A stretch of 64,000 nt of DNA from Armatimonadota bacterium (GTDB lineage: Bacteria; Armatimonadota; HRBIN16), in assembly GCA_963677485.1 (NCBI GenBank), contig OY781964.1:832001-896000 (forward strand), written 5' to 3'. This document shows, piece by piece, positions 1 to 8,819 of this stretch. Position 1 is the stretch's first letter. Each line of letters starts with the position of its first letter. The notes under the pieces are model-generated. The model did no database searches, was not told the DNA's origin, and worked only from the letters and a program-made list of their open reading frames with translations. Both the position numbers and the translations under genes were made by a program.

Positions 1-763
1 TTTCCACTTTTCCTTTATGCTCCGGGGTTCTCACTCTACACGGATGAATGAGGAAGTCGTAGTGCAAGGCCAGTTGCCGATACGGCTCCGAGATGACAGG
101 GTCGTATATATCTGCTTTGAGAACCGCTGACTTTAGATTGTCTATCACAAGTTCCTCTGGAACGCCTCCGAAGAATTCAAAGGCGTTGATATGGCAGTTC
201 ACCCATGTGGGTATCCTTTGATTGAATACAAACTCCACATATTGATGTCGAGAGTGTGATAGCGTCATCAAGAAGGCATACGTTGAACGCATCTTGCCTG
301 TTGCGGGGTCCTTCATTTGCCCCACAAATCCGAAGTCAACCTGGGCCTGTTTTCCTGGGTCTGTCTCTAGACGTATAATGGCCAACTGCTCTTTGGGGGT
401 CAGTCCGTTAATGAAGCGAATAACCGAAGAGTAGCTACCGGTAAACCCGTATAGTCGTTTGAGGTTGTTGTGGATGGTCACTGCCTCTATGTGAGTCTGG
501 AGATAGGTCTCGATGATTTCGCGGTATGGTTCAGCACTAGACACATTACTGCGTCGTTTGCGCTGCGGTAAGGTGTCACGAAATGCCTCCATACTCGGCA
601 TATCTGAATCTGGAGCCAGGTATCCAAGTCGAGAAGCCCACTGTGCGTATTGGCTGACGGTGTTACGAGCGCAGCCCGTGTCACGAGAAATCGCTCGTTG
701 GGACTGCCCACGCCGCAGTCGGAATATGATCTCTTCTATGATCTGCATTCTTAGCCTTTCCAT
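1..763 (-). CDS. istA: IS21-family transposase IstA, partial (3' end outside window)
   Basis: Manual translation from ATG 763 (RBS GGAGGG): MERLRMQIIEEIIFRLRRGQSQRAISRDTGCARNTV (HTH) ... GFTGSYSSV ... ETDPGKQAQVDFG ... FFGGVPEELVIDNLKSAV ... PEHKGKVE, which are IstA DDE motifs. Absent from the ORF track because it has no stop in the window. Confidence 0.92.
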   Translation of the reverse strand, partial: MERLRMQIIEEIIFRLRRGQSQRAISRDTGCARNTVSQYAQWASRLGYLAPDSDMPSMEAFRDTLPQRKRRSNVSSAEPYREIIETYLQTHIEAVTIHNNLKRLYGFTGSYSSVIRFINGLTPKEQLAIIRLETDPGKQAQVDFGFVGQMKDPATGKMRSTYAFLMTLSHSRHQYVEFVFNQRIPTWVNCHINAFEFFGGVPEELVIDNLKSAVLKADIYDPVISEPYRQLALHYDFLIHPCRVRTPEHKGKVE

Positions 764-903
764 GTATGCCCTCCTGATAAAACTGTGTCTATCATTTAGG
801 CGGTCAGGGGCATCGAAACACGGCTAGAGTGGTATAGTCATGCCGAACATGGGTGGCTCACACATGCCGAATGGGCTGGTATAGTGTAACCCGATTAGCG
901 ACA
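1..903 (-). mobile_element. IS21-family insertion sequence, left end (runs off window start)
   Basis: The minus strand starts TGTCGCTAATCGG at 903 (IS21 ends begin TG). Three related ~18-nt subterminal repeats lie at 830-847, 854-871 and 877-894, followed by the istA ORF. Confidence 0.85.
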
Positions 904-1877
904 AAGCCGTCTATATCGATGTGTTATCGAGTCAAGATTCATCGAAGCTACGGTCTTTGGTCGCTGGGTATGACCTGCTGTTTATCGATGAAGCACAGCG
1001 AGTGCCGGATATCGGTCTGAACCTCAAAATCCTGCATGATCAAGTACCTGAAGTCCATATACTTGTGACGGGGTCGTCATCTTTCGACCTTGCAAATTCC
1101 GTTCGCGAACCCCTCACAGGACGTTCATGGACCTACAATCTGCACCCGATATCGATCTTGGAACTTTCTACGCTTTACAACGGGTTTGAGCTGGATGCTC
1201 AGATTGAGCAACGGTTGGTATTCGGCTCGTATCCAGAGCTCTTTTCTATTGATAACCAGGCCGATAAAATCGACTATCTGTATGAAGTCGGAAATTCCTA
1301 TCTCTACAAGGATATCCTGGAGCTATCATCGATTCGCAATTCCGCAAAGATTCGGGATTTACTGCGTATGATTGCCTACCAGGTGGGTTCCGAGGTTTCA
1401 TTATCAGAGCTAGGATCAGCCTTAGGCATCAGTAAAGACACGGTGTACTCGTACATCGATCTGCTTGAGAAGAGTTTCGTGCTGTTTAGGCTGTCTGGAT
1501 TCAACCGAAATCTACGTAAGGAGGTATCACGCAACGACAAGATATACTTTTACGACCTTGGTATACGTAACATGGTGATTGACAACTTCAAACCAGTAGA
1601 GGCCCGCGATGATGTCGGTGCTCTGTGGGAGAATTTCTTGATCCTCGAGCGCATGAAGAAGCTGTCATATACCAGAGCTCATGCTCGAACCTACTACTGG
1701 CGTACATACACCGGTGCCGAAATTGACTACATTGAGGAGCGCGAAGGGGTATTGTATGCTTACGAGTTCAAGGCGGGAACGAAATCAGCCAAGTGTCCGG
1801 CCACTTGGGCTCAGACTTACCCGAATTCGCAATTCGAGGTTGTGAACCGAGCCAGTTATCTCGACTTCCTTACGTAA
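904..1877 (+). pseudogene. AAA+ ATPase with DUF4143 domain, N-terminally truncated by IS21
   Basis: Walker B LFIDEAQ, VTGSS, LTGR, KIYFYDLGIRN, GALWENF and EIDYI...YEFK motifs are present. There is no Walker A. The reading frame stays open right up to the IS end at 903. Confidence 0.8.
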
Positions 1878-1893
1878 GGTCGCACAAAGACTC

Positions 1894-1929
1894 AAAAAGG
1901 CAAAGCCCGCTGTTTAATGCGGGCTTTGC
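1894..1929 (-). terminator. Intrinsic terminator between convergent ATPase and kinase genes
   Basis: Stem GCAAAGCCCGC/GCGGGCTTTGC; the A5 run at 1894-1898 gives a U-tract on the minus strand. Confidence 0.7.
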
Positions 1930-1990
1930 ATCTCGGCGACGAAACACCGAGAGGGACGATGTTTCGGAAACTCCTGATCCCCAACGCCCC

Positions 1991-3568
1991 CTACCGATCC
2001 TGGAAGACTCGCAGGTGGTCGATGCCAAACCAGGTCACGGCACCGTTGGTAGGCCGAATCTCCAGTTGGAACTGCTGCACGTCGGCCATAATCCGTTCAT
2101 CGACCACACGTTGCAGACTCCCCCACTCGCCCGGCCGCAGCCTATCCGCCTGCCCCAGCGCGTGACGCCGCTGCTTGGCATCGACGATGAACAACTGGGC
2201 GTAGCAGTCGGTATCGGCCTCGTTGGGCACCAGCACATCAAGTGCCACTGCGTTGCCAAACTTACGCCAGTCCTTTTGCTCCGGTTCCAGCGCAATCACC
2301 GCCGTCTCGAACCGGGCGGTTGCATTGGCCCGCAACCAGTATGATCCCTGGCTGGCCTTGGATCGTATCCGCTTCAGCTCAAAGCCCTGCGTCGCCATCT
2401 GCCAGTTGTTGGTGCTGATCTCAAAGTCGCTTAGCACGTGGTTCATGGCCACGGGGGCCAGAGTTTCGACCGGCTTGAACTCAATATTGCGCCTCGTCGA
2501 GCCAGACGGATGCAACACCGCGTTCACACCCATACCCACTATCACCACCAGGCTGAGGGTGATCAACACAGCGGGCAGCATCGGGATGCGCATCTTCGGC
2601 CGTGAAGCAGCCTTCTTGCTGGTGTTGACTCGTGGGGGCACGATCACATTGCTCCGCGGCCCGCGCGCTGCCTGAGCGGGGTCGGGTGGACTGGCCGGAC
2701 GCGGCTGCGCCTCCGCCTGGCGGAACATATCACCACCTGCCAGTCCACTGGTCACCAGCTTCAAACCCAGCTCTTCAGCGAATGCACGGCACTTTTGATA
2801 GCGGTTCGCTGGGTCTTTGGCAAACGCCTTCCGAAACACCGGGTATAACACTTCAGGAATGCCTGGGTTAGGCTCCGGTTCTTCATACACTATCTTATGC
2901 AGCACTGCGGCCACATTAGGGGCTTCGAACGGCTTATGTCCGCACAGCATCTCCCAGGTGGTCGTCGCCAGCGCAAAAACATCGCTGCGCCCATCAATCT
3001 CTTCAGAGGTGATCTGCTCCGGCGACATATAAGCCGGACTACCCACCATGATGCCTGCCTGTGTGCGCACCAGGTCGTTAGCCAGACGGGCGATACCGAA
3101 GTCGGTCAGCTTCACCTGACCAGTCTCCAGTAATGCGATGTTGTCAGGCTTGACATCTCTGTGTACCACTCCGGCAGCGTGCGCGTAATCCAAAGCGGAG
3201 GCCACCGCCTGCACGATGCGCATCGTCTCCCTGGGGCTGATGGTGCCTGCATCCAATACCTGTCGCAGAGTTTTGCCGTCAAGCAGCTCCATGGCGATGT
3301 AATACTGGTCATCTGCTTCGCTGACTTCATACAGGGTGACCACATTGATATGCGACAGACGACCAGCGGAGCGTGCCTCACGCTCAAAACGCAGCACCAT
3401 CTCCTCACGCTCTGCGTCGGTCACCACAGGTGGAAGCACCAGCACCTTCAACGCCACCAACCGGCCTATCAGCGTATCCTCGGCGCGGTATACCTTCGAC
3501 ATCCCGCCACTGCCCAGTTGCTCAAGCAGACGATATCTACCGATGCGCTTCTCAGGGTTTTCTGTCAT
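1991..3568 (-). CDS. Hanks-type Ser/Thr protein kinase with one TM helix and an extracytoplasmic carbohydrate-binding-like domain
   Basis: LGSGGMSKVY, VALK, HRDVKPDN, TDFGIA, GSPAYMSPE and SDVFAL motifs; Pro-rich linker; TM (PAVLITLSLVVIVGMGV); C-terminal LSDFE...W...IDHLRV beta-sandwich-like domain. Confidence 0.92.
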   Translation of the reverse strand: MTENPEKRIGRYRLLEQLGSGGMSKVYRAEDTLIGRLVALKVLVLPPVVTDAEREEMVLRFEREARSAGRLSHINVVTLYEVSEADDQYYIAMELLDGKTLRQVLDAGTISPRETMRIVQAVASALDYAHAAGVVHRDVKPDNIALLETGQVKLTDFGIARLANDLVRTQAGIMVGSPAYMSPEQITSEEIDGRSDVFALATTTWEMLCGHKPFEAPNVAAVLHKIVYEEPEPNPGIPEVLYPVFRKAFAKDPANRYQKCRAFAEELGLKLVTSGLAGGDMFRQAEAQPRPASPPDPAQAARGPRSNVIVPPRVNTSKKAASRPKMRIPMLPAVLITLSLVVIVGMGVNAVLHPSGSTRRNIEFKPVETLAPVAMNHVLSDFEISTNNWQMATQGFELKRIRSKASQGSYWLRANATARFETAVIALEPEQKDWRKFGNAVALDVLVPNEADTDCYAQLFIVDAKQRRHALGQADRLRPGEWGSLQRVVDERIMADVQQFQLEIRPTNGAVTWFGIDHLRVFQDR

Positions 3569-3579
3569 AAGGCCTCCAA

Positions 3580-4059
3580 TTAACTGCGGCTATTCAATTC
3601 GCGATCTTGCTCACGCATCACGTCGCGTTTTTGGATGTCATCACGGCGGTCCCATTCCCTCTTACCGCGGGCGATGGCGATCTCCAGCTTGACATATCCA
3701 TGCATAAAGAAGAGCTTTAACGGGATAATCGTCAAACCCTTACCCTCAACCTTGGTCTTCAGCTTGTTCAGTTCATACCTGTTCATCAACAGCTTACGGG
3801 GTCTGGCTGGCTCGGTGTTGAAGCGGTTGCCAAAAGCGTAGGGCTGCACGTGCATATTAAGTATCCACATCTCGCCATCACGCAGTTCGCAGTATCCCTC
3901 AGTGATTTGGGCGCGGCCTTCACGCAGCGACTTAACTTCAGTGCCCTCAAGCACCACGCCCGCCACATAAGTCTCAATGATCTCGTAGTCGTGTCTTGCC
4001 TTGCGGTTAAGTATGCTGGGTGACAGTGTTTTCTTTTCAGTTTCGGCTTTCTTGGCCAT
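3580..4059 (-). CDS. smpB: SsrA-binding protein SmpB
   Basis: NRKARHDYEI, AGVVLEGTEVKSLR, RPRKLL and ARGKREWDRR motifs; start re-called at ATG 4059 behind GGGAGGG. Confidence 0.96.
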   Translation of the reverse strand: MAKKAETEKKTLSPSILNRKARHDYEIIETYVAGVVLEGTEVKSLREGRAQITEGYCELRDGEMWILNMHVQPYAFGNRFNTEPARPRKLLMNRYELNKLKTKVEGKGLTIIPLKLFFMHGYVKLEIAIARGKREWDRRDDIQKRDVMREQDRELNSRS

Positions 4060-4136
4060 AATTCCCTCCCAACGAGTCACCTTATTATACCCGGTAGGTC
4101 CATACCAGCATGAATCCACTCACTTGGGGCATCAGG

Positions 4137-4802
4137 CTATCGCGTGAACAGGGTGCGAAGTATCACCATCAGATCGGTGCCGATATTGGCATGACTGGCA
4201 TATCCAAGATTTATCTGCAGCTTATGGGGCAGCACCTCATGGATATACACCCATTCGGGATCACCGAGCTGCCCCAGATACGCCTGCTCATGACGGTAAG
4301 TTAATGATGCGGGATCGGTGATACCTGGCATCAGATTTAGCACTCGACGCTGCTCGGGTGTGAATAGATCGACGTAGTGCGCCACCATAGGACGAGGGCC
4401 AACCAGGCTCATCTCGCCTCGCAGCACATTGATAAGCTGCGGCAGCTCATCGAGCTTGGTACGGCGCAGAACCCGGCCTATGGGGGTGATACGGGGGTCG
4501 TTACCGATGGTGACTAAGCGGCCATGTTGGTCTGCATCAACGTGCATGCTGCGGAATTTTATGATAGTAAAAACAGCCCCGTTCTTTCCCACTCGTTGCT
4601 GTCGGAAAAACACAGGCCCGCCATCACCCAGCTTTATAGCGACCGCCACGAACCCCAATAGCGGTGACAGCAAGATCAGGCCGGGGATTGTTAAAACAAG
4701 GTCAAACAGCCGTTTGGCTCGGGAGTCAGAGCGTAAGGGCCAGCAATCGGCGTGGGGCGATGTCGACGTAGACTTCTGGTTATACTGCACATCCGATTTC
4801 AT
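4137..4802 (-). CDS. Bacterial sugar transferase (polyprenyl-phosphate phosphoglycosyltransferase)
   Basis: KRLFD, GPVFFRQQRVGKNG, KFRSM, DPRIT, LDELPQLINVLRGEMSLVGPRP motifs; probable start ATG 4802 after GGAG. Confidence 0.93.
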   Translation of the reverse strand: MKSDVQYNQKSTSTSPHADCWPLRSDSRAKRLFDLVLTIPGLILLSPLLGFVAVAIKLGDGGPVFFRQQRVGKNGAVFTIIKFRSMHVDADQHGRLVTIGNDPRITPIGRVLRRTKLDELPQLINVLRGEMSLVGPRPMVAHYVDLFTPEQRRVLNLMPGITDPASLTYRHEQAYLGQLGDPEWVYIHEVLPHKLQINLGYASHANIGTDLMVILRTLFTR

Positions 4803-5034
4803 ATAGGCACCACTCCTTGCTGGGATAAGCGCAGCCAAGCGCATAAACGACAGATAAGTGATCAGGTATATAAGCTGGTTTATATCAACATCAAAGCATA
4901 TTAGCTACCTATGATATGACATTTTAGTGATATTATATCGTAATATTAGTGATCGATATGCTAAAATATACCCAGCTTTGGGCACACATTCGCTGACTAT
5001 ACATCGCTGAATAGATCAAGGAGCGTAAACGACA

Positions 5035-7248
5035 GTGTTGCATTCATCGAGCACCGGTAAACCATGGCATGCATTCTCGTATACAATTGTTGTTTTGGCA
5101 GTGGCGGTAGTCATTGTATTGGTATCATACCGCTCTTTCTTCGCAGGGCTTTCTCCTGAAGCCTGCGGGTACGCTCAGCTCTCACGCAATATAGCTGAGG
5201 GTCACGGGATGCAGAGTTCATCGCTGCCGCCTCTGGGCTTCATGCACTGGAAACCTTCGGAATTGACACCAGACCTGACTCACCCGCCTCTATACCCGTT
5301 GTTCCAGGCGGGAATGTTCCAGATACTTCAAGCTTGGGACAGGACAGCTATCCTGAGCAGTGCCCTATGGTTTCTGATTTTGGTTGTGGTGTTGATAGTC
5401 TTGGCAAGCCGAGTTTTCGGTCGTGAGATAGGTATCATGACGGGGCTATTACTGGTGATGTGGCCCCCGATTTGCCACCTGCTGTCCCTCTCCGCCATGC
5501 CATACAGTATGGGCGCGGTCTGGTGGTGTTTCGCGTGGCTTCTGATGTTTGACCCCACGATGTGGGAAGATAGTCTACAGGACACCAAGCCCACTCATCT
5601 TCGCAGTGCGTTGGTCGGCTTGTTTCTAGCTCTCAGCGTGTTAACACAGACATCGCTGTGGATTGGCTGTGTGTTGATACTGGGCTACCTGGTTGTGACG
5701 GAACGATGGTCAGGACTCACCCGCTGGGGAATGACTATCATCACGATGCTACTGGTACTGCTGCCGTGGATCATCCGACAGATATCTGTCGCGCACACAC
5801 CTTTCTTCTCATTAAGCATTTATGAGACATTAATGGAAACACCCAACTACCCAGGTGATATGCTCTACAGGTCGTATTCACCGGGGCATCTCATCCCATG
5901 GTGGCCTACGAGTTGGAGTGACTTTTTGGCGGTGCTGGCCAAGTGGATGCGCAACATTCATGTTACGGCACAAGGAAATGGACTATTAATGGCACTGATG
6001 CCAATTGCTGTAGTTGGTGCATTCTTTAGCCAATCTATCAAACAGATGCGGTTCATGCTGCTCTCGCTGGGTGCCGTTGTTTTGACGGTGCTGGTGTATG
6101 CCTTCGGGCGTGAAGGTTGCGCTGACCAGGCCGTGATACCATACCTGCCGATGCTTGTTCTCATGGCAGTCTACGGGGTGCGCCAGATGTGCGATCTATA
6201 CGACGAGGACGGAGCGCAGCGGTTCAAAATGCTCAGTGTGGTGGCGGTATCTGTTTGCTTCGTATACACAACGGGTTACATTGTCACGAATCGGCGTCCT
6301 GCCGAGGATTCTTTGCGTGTCGCAATTTACCGGACAGGTGAGCAGATCAAACAAATTGAGGTGACCAACCTTATACAGCAAAGTTGCCTGCAGAGCCGCG
6401 ACCTACTTGATATAAAGCCCGTCATGAAGGCGCTTGTCTTCCCGTCCAATGCACTCGAACGCGAACTCGCTATTCGGCTAGTGCCTCGGCTTAGGCAGCA
6501 GTTCATGGCTCTACCTGAAGGGGAGCCCCAGCACCGGGCGGTCGTGGCAATAATTAACGATGCGATCCGAGGCGGTACACCTCTACAAAATGCGGCCTCA
6601 CAAATGGGGCTTCGCTATGAACATAATCTGCCAGTCGAAAGGCAGTATAAAGGAATTAGCACACAACTTCCATGGCAGAATCGCCGGATCATCGAAGCTT
6701 ACTGGCCCATAGCCATACGCAAGTGCTCCACCGCCAATGTCTCCAGAAGCATCGGCATCTGTGATCTGCCAGACCTGGCTGCTTGGTATACAGAGACGGC
6801 TTGGATATGGCTGCCAGAATCTGCCATGGTTCAAGAGGTGAGTAAAACAGCAGCCCGTGAATCCCAGAATCCGCAGACATCGACACGGGCAGACCAATCC
6901 AAGCTACTGGACCTATCCACAACGAAGGCCCAGTATTTACTGCTTACCCCTGAAGTGGCGAAAGTGCCGTATAAGCAGATGATGGGATGGTATCAGCTTT
7001 ACCAGGACACCAGCAACTTTATCCAACTCCGCGCAGCGCTGTCGGCTGCGGAGCGGGTGAAACTGAACAACTATTGGCAGATGCAGTCCCCATATGCTGT
7101 AAATCCGCTCACCATGGAGCCCTGCCAAAGCAGTTCATATAGTCAACAACCACAAAACAGCGTGTTGCTGTCAAACATTGTTCTTTGTGCCACCGACTTT
7201 CGAAGGGCACAGAGTCATCCCCAACAAACCGGTAGACTCCGCAAGTGA
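5035..7248 (+). CDS. Multi-TM ArnT/PMT-like (GT-C) glycosyltransferase with large C-terminal soluble domain
   Basis: YAQLSRNIAEGHG, HPPLYP and LPWIIR motifs typical of GT-C proteins; about 11-13 hydrophobic segments. Confidence 0.65.
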   Translation: MLHSSSTGKPWHAFSYTIVVLAVAVVIVLVSYRSFFAGLSPEACGYAQLSRNIAEGHGMQSSSLPPLGFMHWKPSELTPDLTHPPLYPLFQAGMFQILQAWDRTAILSSALWFLILVVVLIVLASRVFGREIGIMTGLLLVMWPPICHLLSLSAMPYSMGAVWWCFAWLLMFDPTMWEDSLQDTKPTHLRSALVGLFLALSVLTQTSLWIGCVLILGYLVVTERWSGLTRWGMTIITMLLVLLPWIIRQISVAHTPFFSLSIYETLMETPNYPGDMLYRSYSPGHLIPWWPTSWSDFLAVLAKWMRNIHVTAQGNGLLMALMPIAVVGAFFSQSIKQMRFMLLSLGAVVLTVLVYAFGREGCADQAVIPYLPMLVLMAVYGVRQMCDLYDEDGAQRFKMLSVVAVSVCFVYTTGYIVTNRRPAEDSLRVAIYRTGEQIKQIEVTNLIQQSCLQSRDLLDIKPVMKALVFPSNALERELAIRLVPRLRQQFMALPEGEPQHRAVVAIINDAIRGGTPLQNAASQMGLRYEHNLPVERQYKGISTQLPWQNRRIIEAYWPIAIRKCSTANVSRSIGICDLPDLAAWYTETAWIWLPESAMVQEVSKTAARESQNPQTSTRADQSKLLDLSTTKAQYLLLTPEVAKVPYKQMMGWYQLYQDTSNFIQLRAALSAAERVKLNNYWQMQSPYAVNPLTMEPCQSSSYSQQPQNSVLLSNIVLCATDFRRAQSHPQQTGRLRK

Positions 7249-8774
7249 ACAACAAGGGGGTTGATATGCAGAAATCGAGTCGCCGCTGGGCCATCGCTGG
7301 GTTGTGGTTGGTATTTGTTCTACTAAACTGGCCTGCCATCGCTTTCTTGTTTCAACGCTGGTGTTCGTCTCCAGAACTGAACCACGGTCTGGTCGTTCCA
7401 CTAATCAGCGGGTATCTCATATTCCAACGCAGGCATCATCACGCAGCCGTCACAGGCAGCCCATGGCTGGGCATCATCCCACTGTTAGGTGGCTTATTGT
7501 TGCTTGTCATGGCTGTATGGGCGGACATCAGGCTTTTATACGGACTAAGCCTCCCGATATCTTTCATAGGACTTTGCTGGCTTCTATATGGCGGCGGATG
7601 GGTGCGTGCGCAGCTTTTTCCGTTGGCCTTCTTATTAATGGCGGTGCCATGGCCTGATTTCCTTATTGACAAGCTGAGTGTGCCTATGCAGCACTCAAGT
7701 GCCGCCATTTCAGGATGGGTGCTGGGTCTGTTTCTGCCCATCCAACGTGAAGGCGTTCACCTCTGGACACCTCGGTTTGATGCTGAGATAGCCGTGGCAT
7801 GCAGCGGAATCCGCTCATTCATGGCAATCACAACTCTGGCAGCGATACTCGCGGCCTATACTCCTGTCAAGCTGGGGTGGAAATGGGTGCTGTTCGCAAG
7901 CTCTATCCCTATCACTTACATTGCGAATGTGATACGGATTGTGTTGATCTTCATCGTCGGCCATTATATCAACAGTAAGATCGCATTATCCCTCTTCCAC
8001 GACAATGCGGGAATACTACTTTTAGTCCTGTCCGGTGTTACGCTCAATGGATTACGACAAATGATGATATCACGCTGCACGGTTGAAAAATCTGACGATA
8101 CCGGCAAACAGGCCACAAAACCGCATGTGATCTCGTGGTGGCGGATTTCGATGGCGGGCGCTTGCTTGATTACCGCAATATGGGTTACCACAGCGGCCGA
8201 TGCCACCAGTAGACACATCCCAACACGCACAATTAACACCATGGATGTGCCCTACTCTATCGGCGGTTGGAACGTAACAGATGAATCACCCCTGCCTGAT
8301 GATGCATTGAGACTGCTGACCCCGGACGCCGTTGTGAACAGGACTTACCGCAACGAACCAGGTGATTACGTCAACGTGCTTGTGGTGTATGGGCATTTGA
8401 AGAACAGCTTTCACAGCCCTTCGTTCTGCATGCCAGGTGGCGGTTGGAACATCCAAAAGGAGTTTCAAATCCAAGTAAAGGGAGATCACTCAAGCATACC
8501 GTTTCGAGTGATGTTGATGGAAATGAACAACTCCCGTATACTAGTTGTATATAGTTACATTCAGCCAGATGGTGCATGTGTTGGCCTCATCCAGCATAAT
8601 TATAAACTCGCAGCGATGCGGTTGCGGCACCAGGTGACAATGGGCGCGTCATTGCGTCTTGTAGTTTCTGTCAAATCTGACGAAGATTCTGCAATAAACA
8701 CGATCTTGCCCTTGTGCAAGTCGCTCGCTTCCGTCGTGCAGAATCAACTAAATAGCGACGTAGCTGTAAAATGA
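7245..8774 (+). CDS. Exosortase (EpsH) fused to an EpsI domain
   Basis: HGLVVP, catalytic ACSGIRS, ANVIRI and FHD (Cys/Arg/His) in a multi-TM domain; C-terminal HSPSFCMPGGGW EpsI motif. Confidence 0.9.
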   Translation: MNNKGVDMQKSSRRWAIAGLWLVFVLLNWPAIAFLFQRWCSSPELNHGLVVPLISGYLIFQRRHHHAAVTGSPWLGIIPLLGGLLLLVMAVWADIRLLYGLSLPISFIGLCWLLYGGGWVRAQLFPLAFLLMAVPWPDFLIDKLSVPMQHSSAAISGWVLGLFLPIQREGVHLWTPRFDAEIAVACSGIRSFMAITTLAAILAAYTPVKLGWKWVLFASSIPITYIANVIRIVLIFIVGHYINSKIALSLFHDNAGILLLVLSGVTLNGLRQMMISRCTVEKSDDTGKQATKPHVISWWRISMAGACLITAIWVTTAADATSRHIPTRTINTMDVPYSIGGWNVTDESPLPDDALRLLTPDAVVNRTYRNEPGDYVNVLVVYGHLKNSFHSPSFCMPGGGWNIQKEFQIQVKGDHSSIPFRVMLMEMNNSRILVVYSYIQPDGACVGLIQHNYKLAAMRLRHQVTMGASLRLVVSVKSDEDSAINTILPLCKSLASVVQNQLNSDVAVK

Positions 8775-8819
8775 ATAAAATAGAACCCGTCACTATAGAG
8801 TAAGGAGATTTCATTTCTC

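Noticed and set aside
487-827. ORF-track entries 487-711 (-) and 513-827 (+)
   Set aside because: They are off-frame or antisense to the real istA frame (763 to <1).
3580-4136. tmRNA (ssrA) next to smpB
   Set aside because: No tRNA-like GGGG…CCA ends and no space in the flanks.
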